Below are positions 49,110-62,566 of a stretch of DNA of 62,566 bases, piece after piece. Under the pieces are notes generated by a model. It made no database searches, was not told the DNA's origin, and saw only the letters and a program-made list of their open reading frames with translations. The first letter of the stretch is position 1; every line of letters starts with the position of its first letter. A program made the position numbers and the translations under genes. Origin of the DNA: Psammoneis japonica (Eukaryota); NCBI GenBank assembly GCA_008632985.1, contig QPGO01000207.1:62001-124566 (forward strand), written 5' to 3'.

Positions 49110-51938
49110 TCAATGCCTCTGATGTGTCGAGATCTGTGTCAACGACTTTTCATTGGTGCCTCCCAAGGCTCTCAACAGGCATGCCACCACATCCACCGTA
49201 TCATGCCACATGCACTGGATGACATCTTTTGGCCCCTCGAGGACTCCCAAGACCCCGTCACCCACAAGGAGCCAGTTTCTGTCAAGAAGCTCTGCCAGGG
49301 TGATGCCACTTGGTCCATGCAGAAAAAAGTCCTGGGGTGGATCATCCATGCCAACTCCATGACCATCCACCTCACGCCCCGTGGGCATGAATGGCTTTGC
49401 ACCACACTGCACCAGCATTTTCCTTGCACCTGCAAATGCGCCACCGCCACAGACTGCCACAAGCTCTTGGGTGAGCTGTGCTTGCTCGGCCTTGCCATCC
49501 CAGGCTGCCACATGGTCTCCACTCAGCTTCAAGAGAACCTCCAACACACTGCCCTGGACTCCAGAGTCTGCATCACACCCAATTCCCACTCCACCTCAAA
49601 CAATTTTTGTGACCTCAAACCAACCCTGGAGTCCCAACCTGTTCGCACTCAGGAGCTGGTTCTGTTGCAACCCACCATCACTGGCTGCCATGATGCTGCC
49701 GGCCATGGTGCTGGAGGCATGCTCCTCCCAACTGCTGCCACTGTCCTGCGAGCTGCCACCCTGCGCTTTAGCAACAACCAACACCACACTCAGTGCATTC
49801 AGGACCCGTTGTCTTGTGCATGCTTTTCCCCAAATGTGTGACCTCCCAGCTTGCCACCTGCACTGACCCACGTGGCCCCATTGCCAACACTGATTTGGAA
49901 CTCGCTGGGAGCGTCATCCAATCCTGCACCACCACCCACTGTTTTGACATTTGTGAGCGCACTAATCTCTTGCATGCCAACAACTCAGGCACCATGCGCT
50001 GGCAATGCAAAGGCTCCTCCACCACCATCAAACCAGCTTCCAAGCTTCTTCAACATCAAGCCTTCCACCAACGTTGCCATCACCACCTTGGACAGCATGA
50101 TTGTTGGCCTGGACACCTCAACTCTGCCACTGATGATGCCTCACACCTTCAGTCCCTTGCCAACTGAGATTTCCTTTGTCACTTTAATCGTTTTTACCAG
50201 CAGAAACTCTCCTGGCACCTCTGGATGCCACCATCTGGGCTGAGTTCATTCGTGACCTCAATGCTGCTCAACACGCCATTGCCCATGGTGTTGCTGATTC
50301 CAGAGCCTCCATCACCAATGCCCATTGGGACAAATGGTGCAAGTTTAGCACCTCTTTGGCCATTGACCCATCACTCCAAGATGTCAACAACCCTGTTGTC
50401 TTCCTGCAAGTCTTCCTCCACCAACACCAAGCTGGCATCCTTGCCCTTGCAATCCCATTAGAGGACGAACCACTGAGGATGCCATGTGGTTGGTTGGCCA
50501 GACGTTTGCTGCCACAGGGTCTGTGGATCTGCGGCACACACCCCAAGGCGGCATGGATTTCCAACTTGCCAGGCAAGTCCATCACTGCAAGAAAGAGGAT
50601 CCACCGCCAGACCGCATCAAACTGGTCCCCGTCACCATCCTCACCTGGATCATGCATGCTGCCACCCACAGCACTGACCCAGCAGGCACTCAAGTGGTTG
50701 CTGATGTGACAGCCATTGCCTTCTTTTACCTCCTGCGTCCCAGTGAATGCACCGTGACCCCCTCCGACACCACGTTCCGCCTTGCCGACGCCCACCTGGC
50801 ATCTGGAGAGGAGCCCATCTAGACACCCTCCAAGACCCCAATGCTCAGCTTGACACTGCCACCTTTGCCACTCTTGCTTTCACTGCACAAAAGAATGGCA
50901 TCCGTGGAGAAGTTTTGGGACTCGGCCTCTTGGGACACCCCAATTTGTGCCCTGCCAAAGCACTCGTCTGGTGCGTCCGACATCTTTGATCTCACAAAGC
51001 GCTCCCTGACACCCCCCTTGCTGTCCATTTTCACAATGATGCCTGGCACTGGGTGTCACCAGCTGACATCACAAGCGCTCTGCACACAGCCATCATCACA
51101 TGTGGTCCGGCAAATCTCAGCTTTAACACCCGAGATGTCACTGCTCGGTGCCTTCGCGCAGTGGGCGCCATGGCACTCCTCTGCACCAAGGTTGACACCA
51201 ACCTCATTTGGCTCTTGGGCCATTGGCAATCCAACAAAATGTTGTGCTGCTTGCATCTGCAAGCCAAACCAATTGTGCACAGTTTTGCTTGCAACATGCT
51301 GGCCGGAAGCCACTTTGTCCTCCATCCCAACGCCGACGTCCCCATGAATGTCCCACATCCACAGGGCTGGATCACCCCAGCCCCCCAGCCTCACCCACCC
51401 ACCCAGTGGTGCATGCCTTCAAGTGCACTGCACTGTGGTGGCACTGGAAGGCCCTGCTGTTCCAGCTTGGGTTTGGGAATGAGGCTTGTGCATCCACCAG
51501 CAGCAAAGCCATTCCAGTCCATCAACAACTTGGAGTCCACCTGCGCACTCACTCACTGCAGAGGCGCAGGAGAACCAACAACATGGGCAGCACAAGCTGC
51601 CAACCTTGGGAGGTTCAACAAGATGAAATGACCCATTCCTGGCCATTGGGTCATTTGTCCCACAGTCGTTTAAAAATTTGAACACGTGTTCGCAAGACTG
51701 GAGCAACGGCCGCTCGCTCTTCATCACCCCCTCTTCTCATTCTTCTGAAGAGCAACCAGCAAGAGCAAGAGCCGCAAGTGGACAGTTCAACGCTCCCACC
51801 TCTCCCACCCTCTTGCGTTTGGGAATGAGGTTTGCGCATCCGCTGGTAAAGCCATTCCAGTCCATCAACTTGGAGTCCACCTGCACTCACTCACTGCAGA
51901 GGAGCAGGAGAACCAACGAGACGGGCGGCGCGAGGCGC
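49110..51938 (+). mobile_element. Second, older, 5'-truncated copy of a related Ngaro-type YR retrotransposon (RT C-terminus, RNase H, YR, B1-A2-B2)
   Basis: Homologous to the reverse complement of 41370-38533: KEPVSVKKL..GDATWS, GCHDAAGHGAGG, KKEDPPPDR, YLLRPSEC and ARCLRAVGAMALL. Split repeats at ~51450-51600 (B1), ~51600-51790 (A2) and ~51817-51938 (B2). Confidence 0.88.
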
Positions 51939-52101
51939 GCGCGTACATGCAGCACGTACGGTACGCACAGCTCTGCTGGCACAGTGTGCGGCATGCAGGG
52001 CCATGATTGAACACTGAATGAACACTGAAAATTAACAATGAACACCGCGCAACATCCAACAAAACAACTCGAAACTACTGGTACAGTATTACCACAAAAG
52101 C

Positions 52102-53108
52102 ATGTCGTTGTTGTTGGAAACTTCAATTGGCGATATCGTTATTGAATTGGATGTCGAGGAGAGTCCAGCGCTCGCTCGTAATGTTTTGAAATTAGCCCTG
52201 ATTTACAACATTTTGCCGGCGGCGGCGGTATCTATGATATGGACTGATCGACGCTACAACAAACAATACGAGTATCGAAGAGAGTCAAAATCGTTTTTTG
52301 AAAACAAAAGGATGCTTCTTGAGCAAGGAGGAATTGCAACAGCGAGGAAGGGTCGTGGCGACTGAAATGAATGGAATACCTGATACCATTGGATGTCAGG
52401 TTATGGTTACGTTGGAACAGGGGCCTTTGCAAGCACTGGATGGACTCATGGTGGCGTCGCCCAACAATGCCGAACAACAGCAACAACAATTCTTGTCGTT
52501 GGGAACCGTGGCGGAGGATGAAGACGGTGTGCTAGACAAGATTCAAGCGGTATATTGCGATGCCGACGGACGACCTTTTGCGGATATACAACGTATTGTG
52601 CATCGTTGTGATTCATTATGCATTTGATGATCCTCCCGGAATGGAAAGACTTGCTTAAACGTCGTGGAGTTCTTTTGGAAGATGATACAGTGACGGCGCC
52701 TCCTGAATACATTATCGTCCTCCAGAAGAAGTCGTGGAGCACCGCATTCAAGCAAATGAAGAGGACGGAGAGAAGTAGGAAGACGAAACTCACGAAAAAG
52801 CCAGGCAACGAGAAGAAGAGAATCATTAACGAGAAGACATATCGCGTGCTGTTGTTTTGGAAGTGTTGGGGGACTTGCCATCTGCCGGTGAGTATGATTC
52901 ACTTGTGTGGTTCTGCTTCTTTTTCTCTCCGCTGCACTGTGTTTCGTTTTTATACCGTAGAGTAGTTATCAAGGCTCCCAAGAATATTTTGTTTGTTTGC
53001 AAATTGAATCCAGTGACGGACGATGAGGACTCGGAACTGATCTTTTCACGCTTTGATCCTGAGGTCACGGCTGAAATTATTCGAGACATGAAACCGGCGC
53101 GTCTCTAA
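52102..53108 (+). pseudogene. Cyclophilin-RRM protein (PPIL4/CYP59-like), frameshifted and truncated within the RRM
   Basis: [50 protein letters not shown] and [24 protein letters not shown] lie in different frames. Part of the cyclophilin core is missing and the reading frame ends at DMKPARL*. Confidence 0.75.
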
Positions 53109-53174
53109 TGCATCATGAAAACACAACATACGCATGATGCAACAATAAACAGCACTGGCGCATGTCACAATACC

Positions 53175-54195
53175 CATGGCGCTGCCAGAGGGTCAGAGGC
53201 GATTCAGATGAGGCACCAACAGCCGCTTTTCGCTAAGTCTTTGCTTCCTTTCGCTTCAAACTGTCCATTCCTCTACGCAGAGAAGTCGCTGCAACTTATC
53301 CTCTTAACCAGCTCGCATTCAACAAGGTACGCTGAGAACATTCTACTGCATCCACACTGAAGGAATCAGTCATTTGGTACCATACGTTGACAAAAGAATG
53401 AGAAATACGAGTTTCATAAGTGCTCCTGCTGCGGCGCTTGGGTTTCTTGCAACTCACTTTACGCTCACTACCGAATCGTCATTCTCGTCTCACCTTGTCG
53501 AGCTACTTGGAAAACCTTTCAACGACGACAAATCCCCTTAACTCCTCGACAATAACATCACCGAAGGCTCCCAGCTACATGGACTTTCAGTACGTGCCCG
53601 TTCTATGATAGCAGGCCGACTCGACTGCCAACACCTCTCAACATACAAGAATGAAACCTCAGTGGCGCGTGTCACGATACCCATGGCGCATGGCGCTGCC
53701 AGAGGGCCAGAGGCGATTCAGATCAGGCATCAAGGGCCGCTTTTCGCTAAGCATTCTCTCTCACGCTATCTTTGGACATACGGTCGGCATCTATACTTCC
53801 TTTTGCTTCAAACTGCCTATTCCTCTACGCAGAGAAGTCGCTCCAACTTGCTTCTCCGGCATCCTCCAAACCTGCTCGCATTCAACAAGGCTGAGAACAT
53901 TCCACTGCATCCACACGGAAGGAATCGGTCATCTGGTACCATACGTTGACAAAAGAATGAGAAATACGAGTTTCCTAACTACTCCTGCTAAGGCGCTTGG
54001 GCTTCTTGCAACTCACTGTACGCTCACTACCGAATTGTCACTCTCGTCTCACTTTGTCGAGCTACATGGAAACCTTTCAACGACGACAGGTCCCATTACC
54101 TCCTTGACGATAACATCATCCAAGGCTCCCAGCTACACGGACTTTCAGCAGGCGCCCGTTTTTTGTTTCAGTCAGGCCGACTCGACTGCCAACAT
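53175..54195. repeat. Local tandem duplication, two diverged copies of ~470-510 bp (starts 53175 and 53689)
   Basis: catggcgctgccagaggg..gattcagat, ggtaccatacgttgacaaaagaatgagaaatacgagtt and aggccgactcgactgccaaca are each present twice. Confidence 0.9.
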
Positions 54196-57084
54196 TGTAA
54201 TTTCCTGCTGCAAGCGAAATGCTTTCAATCCTGTCACGTTAAACGTGCTGGACGTTTCTGGTTCATCGCTCGTATCAAAGAGAGGGACGCAGTCCAGTTG
54301 GACTGCTTCATTTTGCCAAGGCCAAGGCGTTTTCGTGCATTGTCAACAAGTATCCGTTTCGAGCCTTTCGCGTGAGTTCATACTTCATGCCTCTATTGTC
54401 TGTCCGCATTGACGCCCCTGGCTTCTCTGCTTGGTCTTGATTCTTTGGACTACTCACTACCTTATTATCCATATTTAGTAGAGAAATATGACAATGTTGC
54501 ACTTCAATCCAAATCTCAGATTAGAGCAGTCACAAGACATGGCTCCAGTATAAAGTAGTCTACCTCCACCCCAAAGAGTGAATCATGCCGATGGGTGTCC
54601 TCAGAGGCAGCCTTCAAGCGGATGTAAGTGACGGTTCCTTGTACTATCGCTGACTCGATAGGCGAAGACACGTACTTAAAGAGTGCAGGCGTCAGGAATA
54701 GCACTCCAGCAAGGAAGAACAAAGGGAGATGTTGTGGGCTGGCTACCAGAATCGAATGACGCTGAAGAAAAAGAGAGAAAGAGTTTGTGGTGGGCTGCCA
54801 CGGGCAGGCCACTACATACACGCTTCTACACGTATCACCAGTGCTGAATGACCTCACAACTTTGACTGTGCGGTTTCAGTCATCAGGGTTCATCCTAGAA
54901 AATGGTTTGCTATCTACACTTTCAAGCGTAGAAGTCAAGAGATGGTGCTGGAATGGTATTAGTGAGTATCGTTTGGCAAGAGTTCCACTCTCATGCTCGC
55001 TGAGATCAATAAACCTTAGGATTGTTCAAGGCGATTGCTTTCATTGTTCCGACTCAGTCAGAAACGCGGTGATATTCGAGCATGACGATCTTCCAGCAAA
55101 AGAAACAACAGGTATGAAAGGGAAAATTGGAAAAGTTGAGGACGCACTATGAGAAGCCAGGATTAAGCTGTTGATGACAGAGAAACCCATGACACTGTGC
55201 ATCACGATTCGTTGACTGCACTTCATACTATCGAGGATAGACCATGACGACTACCGTACCGTAGAATGCGCTCGACTCCTCAAACAAACGAAAAACAATT
55301 GAGCTTGGCGGAAGACAACTGCCGGTCAGTGTGAATTCGCCTCGGAGAACTCTTGTATCGTACTCCCGACAAAGCCAACACTGGTAACACAACAATAGAA
55401 ATACGGACAAGCTCCATTGATACTAGACAAGAGGAGGTACGCACAAACAAATCGAAAAAGAAACGGTGGCAAGACACGCCTCAACAATAAACTCTACGGC
55501 CGCCATCGCAATCACTTGTGCACGGAATAGAATAAACCCCCCATAACCCTCGCTATGTATGACATAATTTATATCGCTACTCCTGGAGTAGCAGAAAAAG
55601 TGAAAGTGTTCCATCCTTCTTTGTTTGATGGAGCACCCCAACGAGCTGAATCTGTGAAGCGCCCACCATCTCTTCCGAAAGCGGGTTGGCGTAGTCGACA
55701 AGAACTCAGTTGTGATACCGGTATCAGAAATAGCTCTGGTTTAGCGTTGAGCAACGACGACATCCATTGGAACTAGAAATCGGCGTGGACAGACGTTGCA
55801 TGACTCCATTAGACTATTTTCAGTTTGGTGTATTGCGGGCGTTGACTGCTATCTCATGACACTATCTCTAGATTTGTTTTCTCCAATGCCTTCATTCTCG
55901 AGCAAAACCCAGAACGCTCGCGAATTTCGAATATGTTATTTCTGTCTAGTAGAGAGTATTGTAGCTAGCTAGCTAGCTACTATAATTGACATGGCTCGAA
56001 TATCCCCCAGGCAAGCGGGCGATCAGCGTCGCAAGAGTCCAGCACATATCGATGACAAGCCTTGGGGCATACCGTAACGAATACCCCAGCGTGTACCCAT
56101 CTGAAAGAAAGAGGAGAGCGGATGGCGGTGTAGTACTAAAGCAGAAACAACGACAACACAGTATGCAACAACATCGCAATCGCTACGACCGTCATCGCAG
56201 TCCATTGACGTACGTACGGAATAAATTACACGCAAATGTAGATTGCTGTCTTGTACTTTTAGTCTTTCTACTTTTATTGTAAAGGTTCAATGTGTGTTTC
56301 AAATAGTTGAAACACGTCAATATCAAAAGTTGATAGAAATCGGTCGCGTAGGATAACATTGCCTCAAGAGCGCCATCAAAAGATGGCGTTCAAGCTTTTT
56401 CTTATTTTCGGGGTGGAAAACCATCCCAAAAAAAAGAAAAAGGGGGGACGTACTACGGAGACAACAAGAGAACTTGCGAGTCAACCGCGTGCTAAATCAA
56501 CACTCCCTACGAGTGAAGACTTACCGTACCATGTCACTGATACGGCGGAACCCCAAACCCTACGTTCCGTCAACGGTATGATCTGCTCGGCGAGCTTTTG
56601 CTGCTTCGCAGACGAACGCTGCTGTCTGTTTCAACAGCCGTGACCTGACGGGTCAAGCGAACAGGCAACTTCCTACGGTCAAAGACACAGGAGTAACATG
56701 GACTCAAGGCCGGAGACACGCATTCGATTTGCCCCGACCTCCGGACTTAACTGGCAACACCTACGCCACCTAGAGACAACACGCCATCAAGCAAAATGAG
56801 TTGTGGAATGCCAAACAAATGCAAGGTCTCAATCCAGAGGAAGGGCGAGCCATCCTTTGGCGATTGCGGCATTCCGGCTTGGCAAACAACAAACACATCG
56901 TGCGAGACGACGAGTTGTGATCGAAAAACGAGCGCGGATTCTCAGAGATTTTGAGTCGTCATGACCGTTGCTAAATTTGTCAATCACTATCAGTTTTGTG
57001 TACATTTGTAGAATTAATACCATGATTTCGCATGTAGAAAATTAGTGGTAATTCAGTACTTTCAAAAACATTAGGCCTGCTAAT

Positions 57085-60000
57085 TTTCAGCCCAGTGCCA
57101 CAAAAATCACAGTTGCTTCTTGCAGCAAGATCTGAAGCAGAGCTGCCAAATCACCAAGGTCACAAGCACAGCGAAGCAACCAGGGAGCACTCTGAGCTGC
57201 CTCCTGAGCAGACATGCCTTGACAGTTTCCAGCAACCCCATTGGGACATTTGCTCTTGCTTGTTTTGGTGCAGAGTGTGGGCCTGAGCCATTCTGCTGTC
57301 CTGACATCCTCAACCCATGTGCACAGGAGCTCCAACTTGGGCTTGGACTTTATGAAGCCACTGACACAAAGCATGGCAGACTCAGTTGACCACACCTCAC
57401 AGCTGGGAGGGAATGTGCCAGCCAAGCAACATGCCTCAGCCAAGCTTTTTGTCTCACTCTGTTTGTGGCTCTCAATCAATCAAGAAGTGTGGATCCAGTT
57501 GGAGAATGCTGTCAGCACACAACATGGCAAGTTGCCTGCCTTTCAGGTGTAATGCAGTGGAGCTCCACATCAGTCAAGCAAAAAAGGGGCTTTCAACGAG
57601 ACAGTGCTCTGCAGCACATGAGCCTCTGCCACACACAGGAGAGGAGAGATCAGCAGTTCACCAAAGATGGGTCTGTTGCTGCCAACCACTGATGGTCAGT
57701 GCCCAGCTGAGAATGCTCCATGGACACAGCACTTCAACCACTTCAAAGACCAAAGTGCACAAAATCAAATGGTGGTCAAGAACAAACAGTGGCACCTCCC
57801 AAGCTGTGGGAGGTTTTGTGCAGTCTTTGCTCAAAATCTGCAAGAGTCAAATGAGGTGCTGGAATGTGATCACATGCAGCCAGGGTGGGGGGATTTTCCA
57901 CTTGTCTTCTGGGGTCAAGGACAGAACAACTGGCACAAAGCAGTCCAAAGGAGAGGGAGCTGTGCCCAGCTCTATTTGCAACTCCACTTTGGCGCTGATC
58001 ATTGGGAATGTTTCAAAGCTGTTTGGGGCACACACACTCAGAAACTGTTCTGCAAAGATGAGGAGAATGGGCTGAAAATGTTTCACCCACATTTCAGCCA
58101 GAAGCAGGGGCAAGCCAGCTGCCCAAGGATGACTCTCTTGTCTTGAGGCCACTCACAAACATTTCACAGGTTGTTCTCCATTGCCTCGACACATTTGTTG
58201 ACAGCTTCTTCCACCGTTGATCAAAAAGAATCAATTTTGCATCAGGCACTGCTGGTCAAAGCTGGTGGGGATCCATGCACATCAAGCTGTTCACTCATGC
58301 AGCAGTGTCTGACAGTGTTGACACCTTTGGGTTGCACAAACAGAGACCTGAGGCAAGCACCGGGCCCATGGAGCACAAGTTGTTGTCCCTCTGCAAGGGA
58401 AAAACACCTGGGCAATTCAAGCCAAATGATGCTTGATTTGGCTCAGGAGCCAATGCAGTGAGCTGAGCTGACAAGGTTTGGAACAATGCAAAGACATGTG
58501 CTCAAATCACACAGGAAAATGATTCCCATCACACAAGCTGCAGTTGTGTCCAGAGGCTGCTGCTGTCACAATCAAATGTTGAGGTTGACCCAAGCCTCAG
58601 CAGTGCCAAAGAAATTGTAAAACCTGAGCATCTGCTGCCACCTGGCAATGTGGTCAGTGTGGCAGATCATGCTTGGCAGTGTTCCCACCACTGTTTTTCC
58701 CACTGGATTTTCAAGACAGCTCTTGTTGTTCAAAAGTGTGTTGGGGAGCACTTGCAGCAGGAAAGGCAAATGCCAAGCACAACAACACATGCCTGTGGTG
58801 CTTCTCCATGGGTGGTGTCTTGTCTTTGAGCTCTCCTTGTGCTGCAAGTTTTGGGAACCTGGCACCAACCCTTGCATTTTGCAAAGAGTGCATTGTCATG
58901 CTGACAGCTGGTGTTGACTGTTGCAGTGCATTGCCTGGCAAGCAGAATGAATTTCTGTGTCCACTTTGTCATGCAGTGGTTTTGGGTGAGGCTTGCCATG
59001 ATCTGTGAAAGCCCACTCCATCACATGACATGAGCAGCACTTGGTCACTCAAGTTTGTGGTGCCCATCATGTGCAAACAATTGCACCACCAACAAACCAA
59101 CTGTCCTTCAACAAAGAAAAGGCATGGTCAAGACAAGACAAGACAAGGGTTGGGGAAATGCACAAAAGATGTTGATCTGAGTGGGTGTGTTGTCAACAGC
59201 ACATGAGCCTCTGTTGAACTTTTGTTGACAGACCAAGCAACCTGGGGTTCAGAATGTGCTCTGCACACTTTTAGAGGGTCAAAGATGTTGAGCAATGAAC
59301 TGCAGAGACACAGCTCCATGTCACAAAAGGGAGTTTCTGCTGCCTTGGTCTTGGGTGTTTTGCTGAAGTGGGCTTTGTGCTCTTCTGTGAGGCCAAGGTG
59401 CATCATGCAAAGCACATGCTTCATGATGTGGCACTTGAGTGGCCAAGAATTTTGTCACCCTCATGTCTTCCACCTCCCAAGCTCCTGCTCACAGCCAATG
59501 TTGTAGCTGGGCACATTCCTCCTGTCAAGAGTTGTCTCTGAAGATGCACTGATTTCCAACATGAGATTTTCAAGAAATGCCAGAGGAGTGTTTGCGCAGA
59601 GGAAAGCATCACCCTCTCAGACAGCAGGATTGTGTGAGCAACTGTGCTCTTTGTGTGTTGTGCCAATGCCTGACACTTGCTGCTGCAGAGATGATTTGAG
59701 AGTCTGTCTGATGCATGTGGCTGCTCCCTCAGTCAATGGATGTTGTTTCTCATCCATTCAAAGACCACATTGTTGCCAGTGACCCTCTGACAACTGCAGT
59801 GATGTCCTCACTTCAATGCAGCCCAGCACAGCTTGATGGAAGAAGCCAAGTGGCTGGTCTCCAACAACAACCCCAGGGGTTGCACAAAGCCAAGAGATGT
59901 TGACATCCTGGGGGTGGCCAAGATGTGAGCCAGATTTGATGGAAGTCGGCATGGCTTCTGGCCAGATCAACATCTTGAGCACAAGTCTTTGGGGGTCAGG

Positions 60001-62566
60001 AGATTTGAGACTGCAGCGGCAGTGTGGTGTGTGCTGGTGCAAGTGTTGGGCCAGCAAAGCAGTTGCTTCAGCATCAAATCTGCCATGACGGTTCCCCCCT
60101 CTTTGGAAGAACGGGGCCAGCAGATTCATTGTTTGGTTCAGAGGATTGTGTCCCCCCCATTGAATCTTTTTCATTTTTGTGTTCAAACAGTCTCTTGTTG
60201 GTTTCTCTGATTGTGTCTCCATGAAGGGGCCAATGGAAAAAATCAGCTTCACAAATGATTCACACAGGTGCATCATTGCTGAGGCAAAGAACCAAGGGTG
60301 GCTTGCATGTGAGTTTGCATGTTGGAAACCAGCAGAGGTGATGTGTTCTGTGCATTCACCACCATGTTCACTGTTGCAACCAAGGAAATGCTCTGTTTGA
60401 AAGCATCATTTTTACATTCATTGTTCAAAGTGAGTGGTTCCACAGTCAAAAAAGTTGATCTTCTCCTGTGATCTTCTGGCACACACAGTTAATCCGTTGA
60501 GCCTGAGCTTCCTTCTTTTTGCAGCTTGAGTGCAGAAACACAGAGGAGGCATTGACTGTGGCACTGCAAAGCTTCTGCAGCTTCTTCTGAAGCATCTTCA
60601 GTCACCCACAACTCACAAGCACCCAAAGAATTGTCCATTGTGGGGTCAGCTCTGTGCTGTTCTCCATTGGTGATGTGGAGCTGCAGGCAGCAGTTGTGCC
60701 AGTGGCATCAAAGGAGACATGCTGCTTTCCTGGTGCTTGGGAGGCATGCTCCATCATGGCAGTGTGTGCCTCTTTGCACTCCTGCTCTGGTTGGCACTGC
60801 CACATTCCTTGCATTGAACTCTGCAAAATGCTTTGGTGCCACCACAGATTGATGATTGTTGTTGTCATCAGTTTCTTCACCCCCAGCTTCATTTCTCTGC
60901 CATTCTTTGCAGGTGCATGCTTGCACCCCTTTGGCAACACAAAGTGGCTGCAGTCATGTTCATCACAGTTTGTTGGCAACAACCAACTCCCACTGACATT
61001 TGAAGCATTGCATGAAGAGCAATTGTTCCCTGCTGTTTCCATGAAGATTTCCATGTTGCTTTCTAACTGGCTGTCTGTGCTCACACTTCTCACATCCCCT
61101 GCTGCAAGAGGACAGAGATGTGTTGTTTTTGACATTTAGTTTTTAGCATCTCCTGCTGGGTGTGGTTTTTGGGTTTTTCCATTCTTCCAACATGGTCAGC
61201 TGGGTTGTGTGCACACAGAGCATGCAGTTAATTTTCCATTTGACTTGAAACAAAGCAGAGACAGAGTGTCCTGTGAACAATCCAGCTCCACCAGCTGGTG
61301 CACTGTGAGTGTGGGTCAATCTCTTGAGATGTGACACCAGCACTTGAAACATTGGTTTGAGTTTTGTTTTTGTCACTTGGTCACTGCAGCCACTCCTTGG
61401 GGTTGACCACAGTGTCTGCTGGCACCTGAAAGATGCTGCTGATGTGATCTTGGCAAGCCCTGAGCCAGAGTTTGTTTGTCTTTTACATGGCAAAGATTGC
61501 ACAAGATGTGAGTTTTTTTGGATGTTTTTGCACCTTCCAGCTCTGGGTTGGCTGTCAACATGGTGGGCTTCTTTCAAGACCATGCAGTGCTGTGACAACT
61601 TTCCTGAGTTGATGGCAGCAGCACACATTGGCCCATGAGTTTCTGTTGCACACACCACTTGAACCTGGGAAACAAAGCCCACTTGGTTTTGAATCATGAA
61701 CAGCCCACATGAGAGAGTGCAGACCATGTGCTGCAGACTTGCCAGCCTTGTGTGGACCACTCTGGCTGTTGGTGGAGTCAGCATTTTTCAGAGCCACCAT
61801 TGGCAAGGAAAACTGCAATGAGCTCTGGCTCAATTGCTTGGCAAGATCACAGATGGTGGGTTCTTCCAAATCAAGCTGTTGTTGAGTCCACACTGTGGCA
61901 CATGCCATGGCCCTCTGATGCAGGCCAACAGCCTCCCGAAAAGCATCAGGCTGTCATGAAGACTTGGCCTGCAGGTCTTGCAATGCCACCCCAGGGAAAA
62001 TGACAAAAATGTTCAAAGAGAGTGCTGGTGTTAAAGTTGATGAAACAAGCTTCATGATCTGCAGGCATGTGGCACATGGCACCAAAAAGGTTCACACCAC
62101 ACACAATTTTGTGCATCCAGAAGGGCCCCAACAGATGTTGCCAAATGCACAACCTGGGTGACATTTGCTGCAGATGTGAGTGGCAAAGTCTGTTTTCTGC
62201 ATCAGCAAGAGAGCAGCACCACATGTGAGAGCTTGAGCTGGTGCACCAATGCAAAGTCAGATTTTGTGCATGCCGCACTCTCAGAGAAGTCAGCATCAAA
62301 TGAGTTGCCTGCCAAAGTTGCCTCTCCAATGGGTTCAGAAGTGAAGCCAGACAACATCTTTGACAAGTCCACACAGCAAAAGCTCCATGCAGGTTGACAG
62401 GAACAGCTTGTTCTCAAGTTGTCCAAGCAAACAATCCTGTTGAGGATGTGCCACAGTTTTGCCTCCTGGAGTCACAGATCAACAGATGCAAACCTGGCAG
62501 CAGTGTGGGATGAGTGGCCTGTCTTCTGTGGCACTTGTGTCAGAAGTCTGAGGGCTGTGAGCCCAG
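57085..62566. other. Heavily mutated repeat-derived block with TpA and CpG almost absent; identity not recoverable by eye
   Basis: Extreme TG/CA enrichment and many short Cys/His-rich ORFs with no recognisable motif. Confidence 0.6.

Noticed and set aside
54700..55780. Possible LRR/F-box-like and membrane-protein gene fragments
   Set aside because: Short interrupted frames with no diagnostic motif, so a call cannot be supported.

Overview
Eukaryotic nuclear DNA, most likely from a diatom, based on short GT-AG introns, bipartite signal peptide plus ASAFAP-type plastid presequences and diatom-type Copia elements. Gene islands of normal composition alternate with blocks of transposon-derived DNA. 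The islands are ~5.8-14.3 kb (SKP1-like, plastid ClpB, plastid terminal oxidase, mitochondrial bL21), ~36.8-38.5 kb (a small plastid-targeted orphan) and ~52-57 kb (a PPIL4/CYP59-like pseudogene and a tandem duplication). The repeat blocks hold a truncated Gypsy, a full-length Copia with both LTRs, two older Copia relics, a near-complete Ngaro-type tyrosine-recombinase retrotransposon, a second partial copy of it, a possible pogo-like transposase and unidentifiable relics. The main signal is a domain-restricted loss of TpA: in the repeat blocks TA has been converted to TG or CA on both strands, so conserved Tyr reads as Cys or His and TAA/TAG stops are lost. This is the opposite direction to fungal RIP. 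It happened after insertion, runs ahead of CpG decay, reaches non-TE flanks and stops sharply at genes. It looks like a repeat-targeted A:T to G:C hypermutation or genome-defence process that I do not recognise as described. All counts were made by eye.
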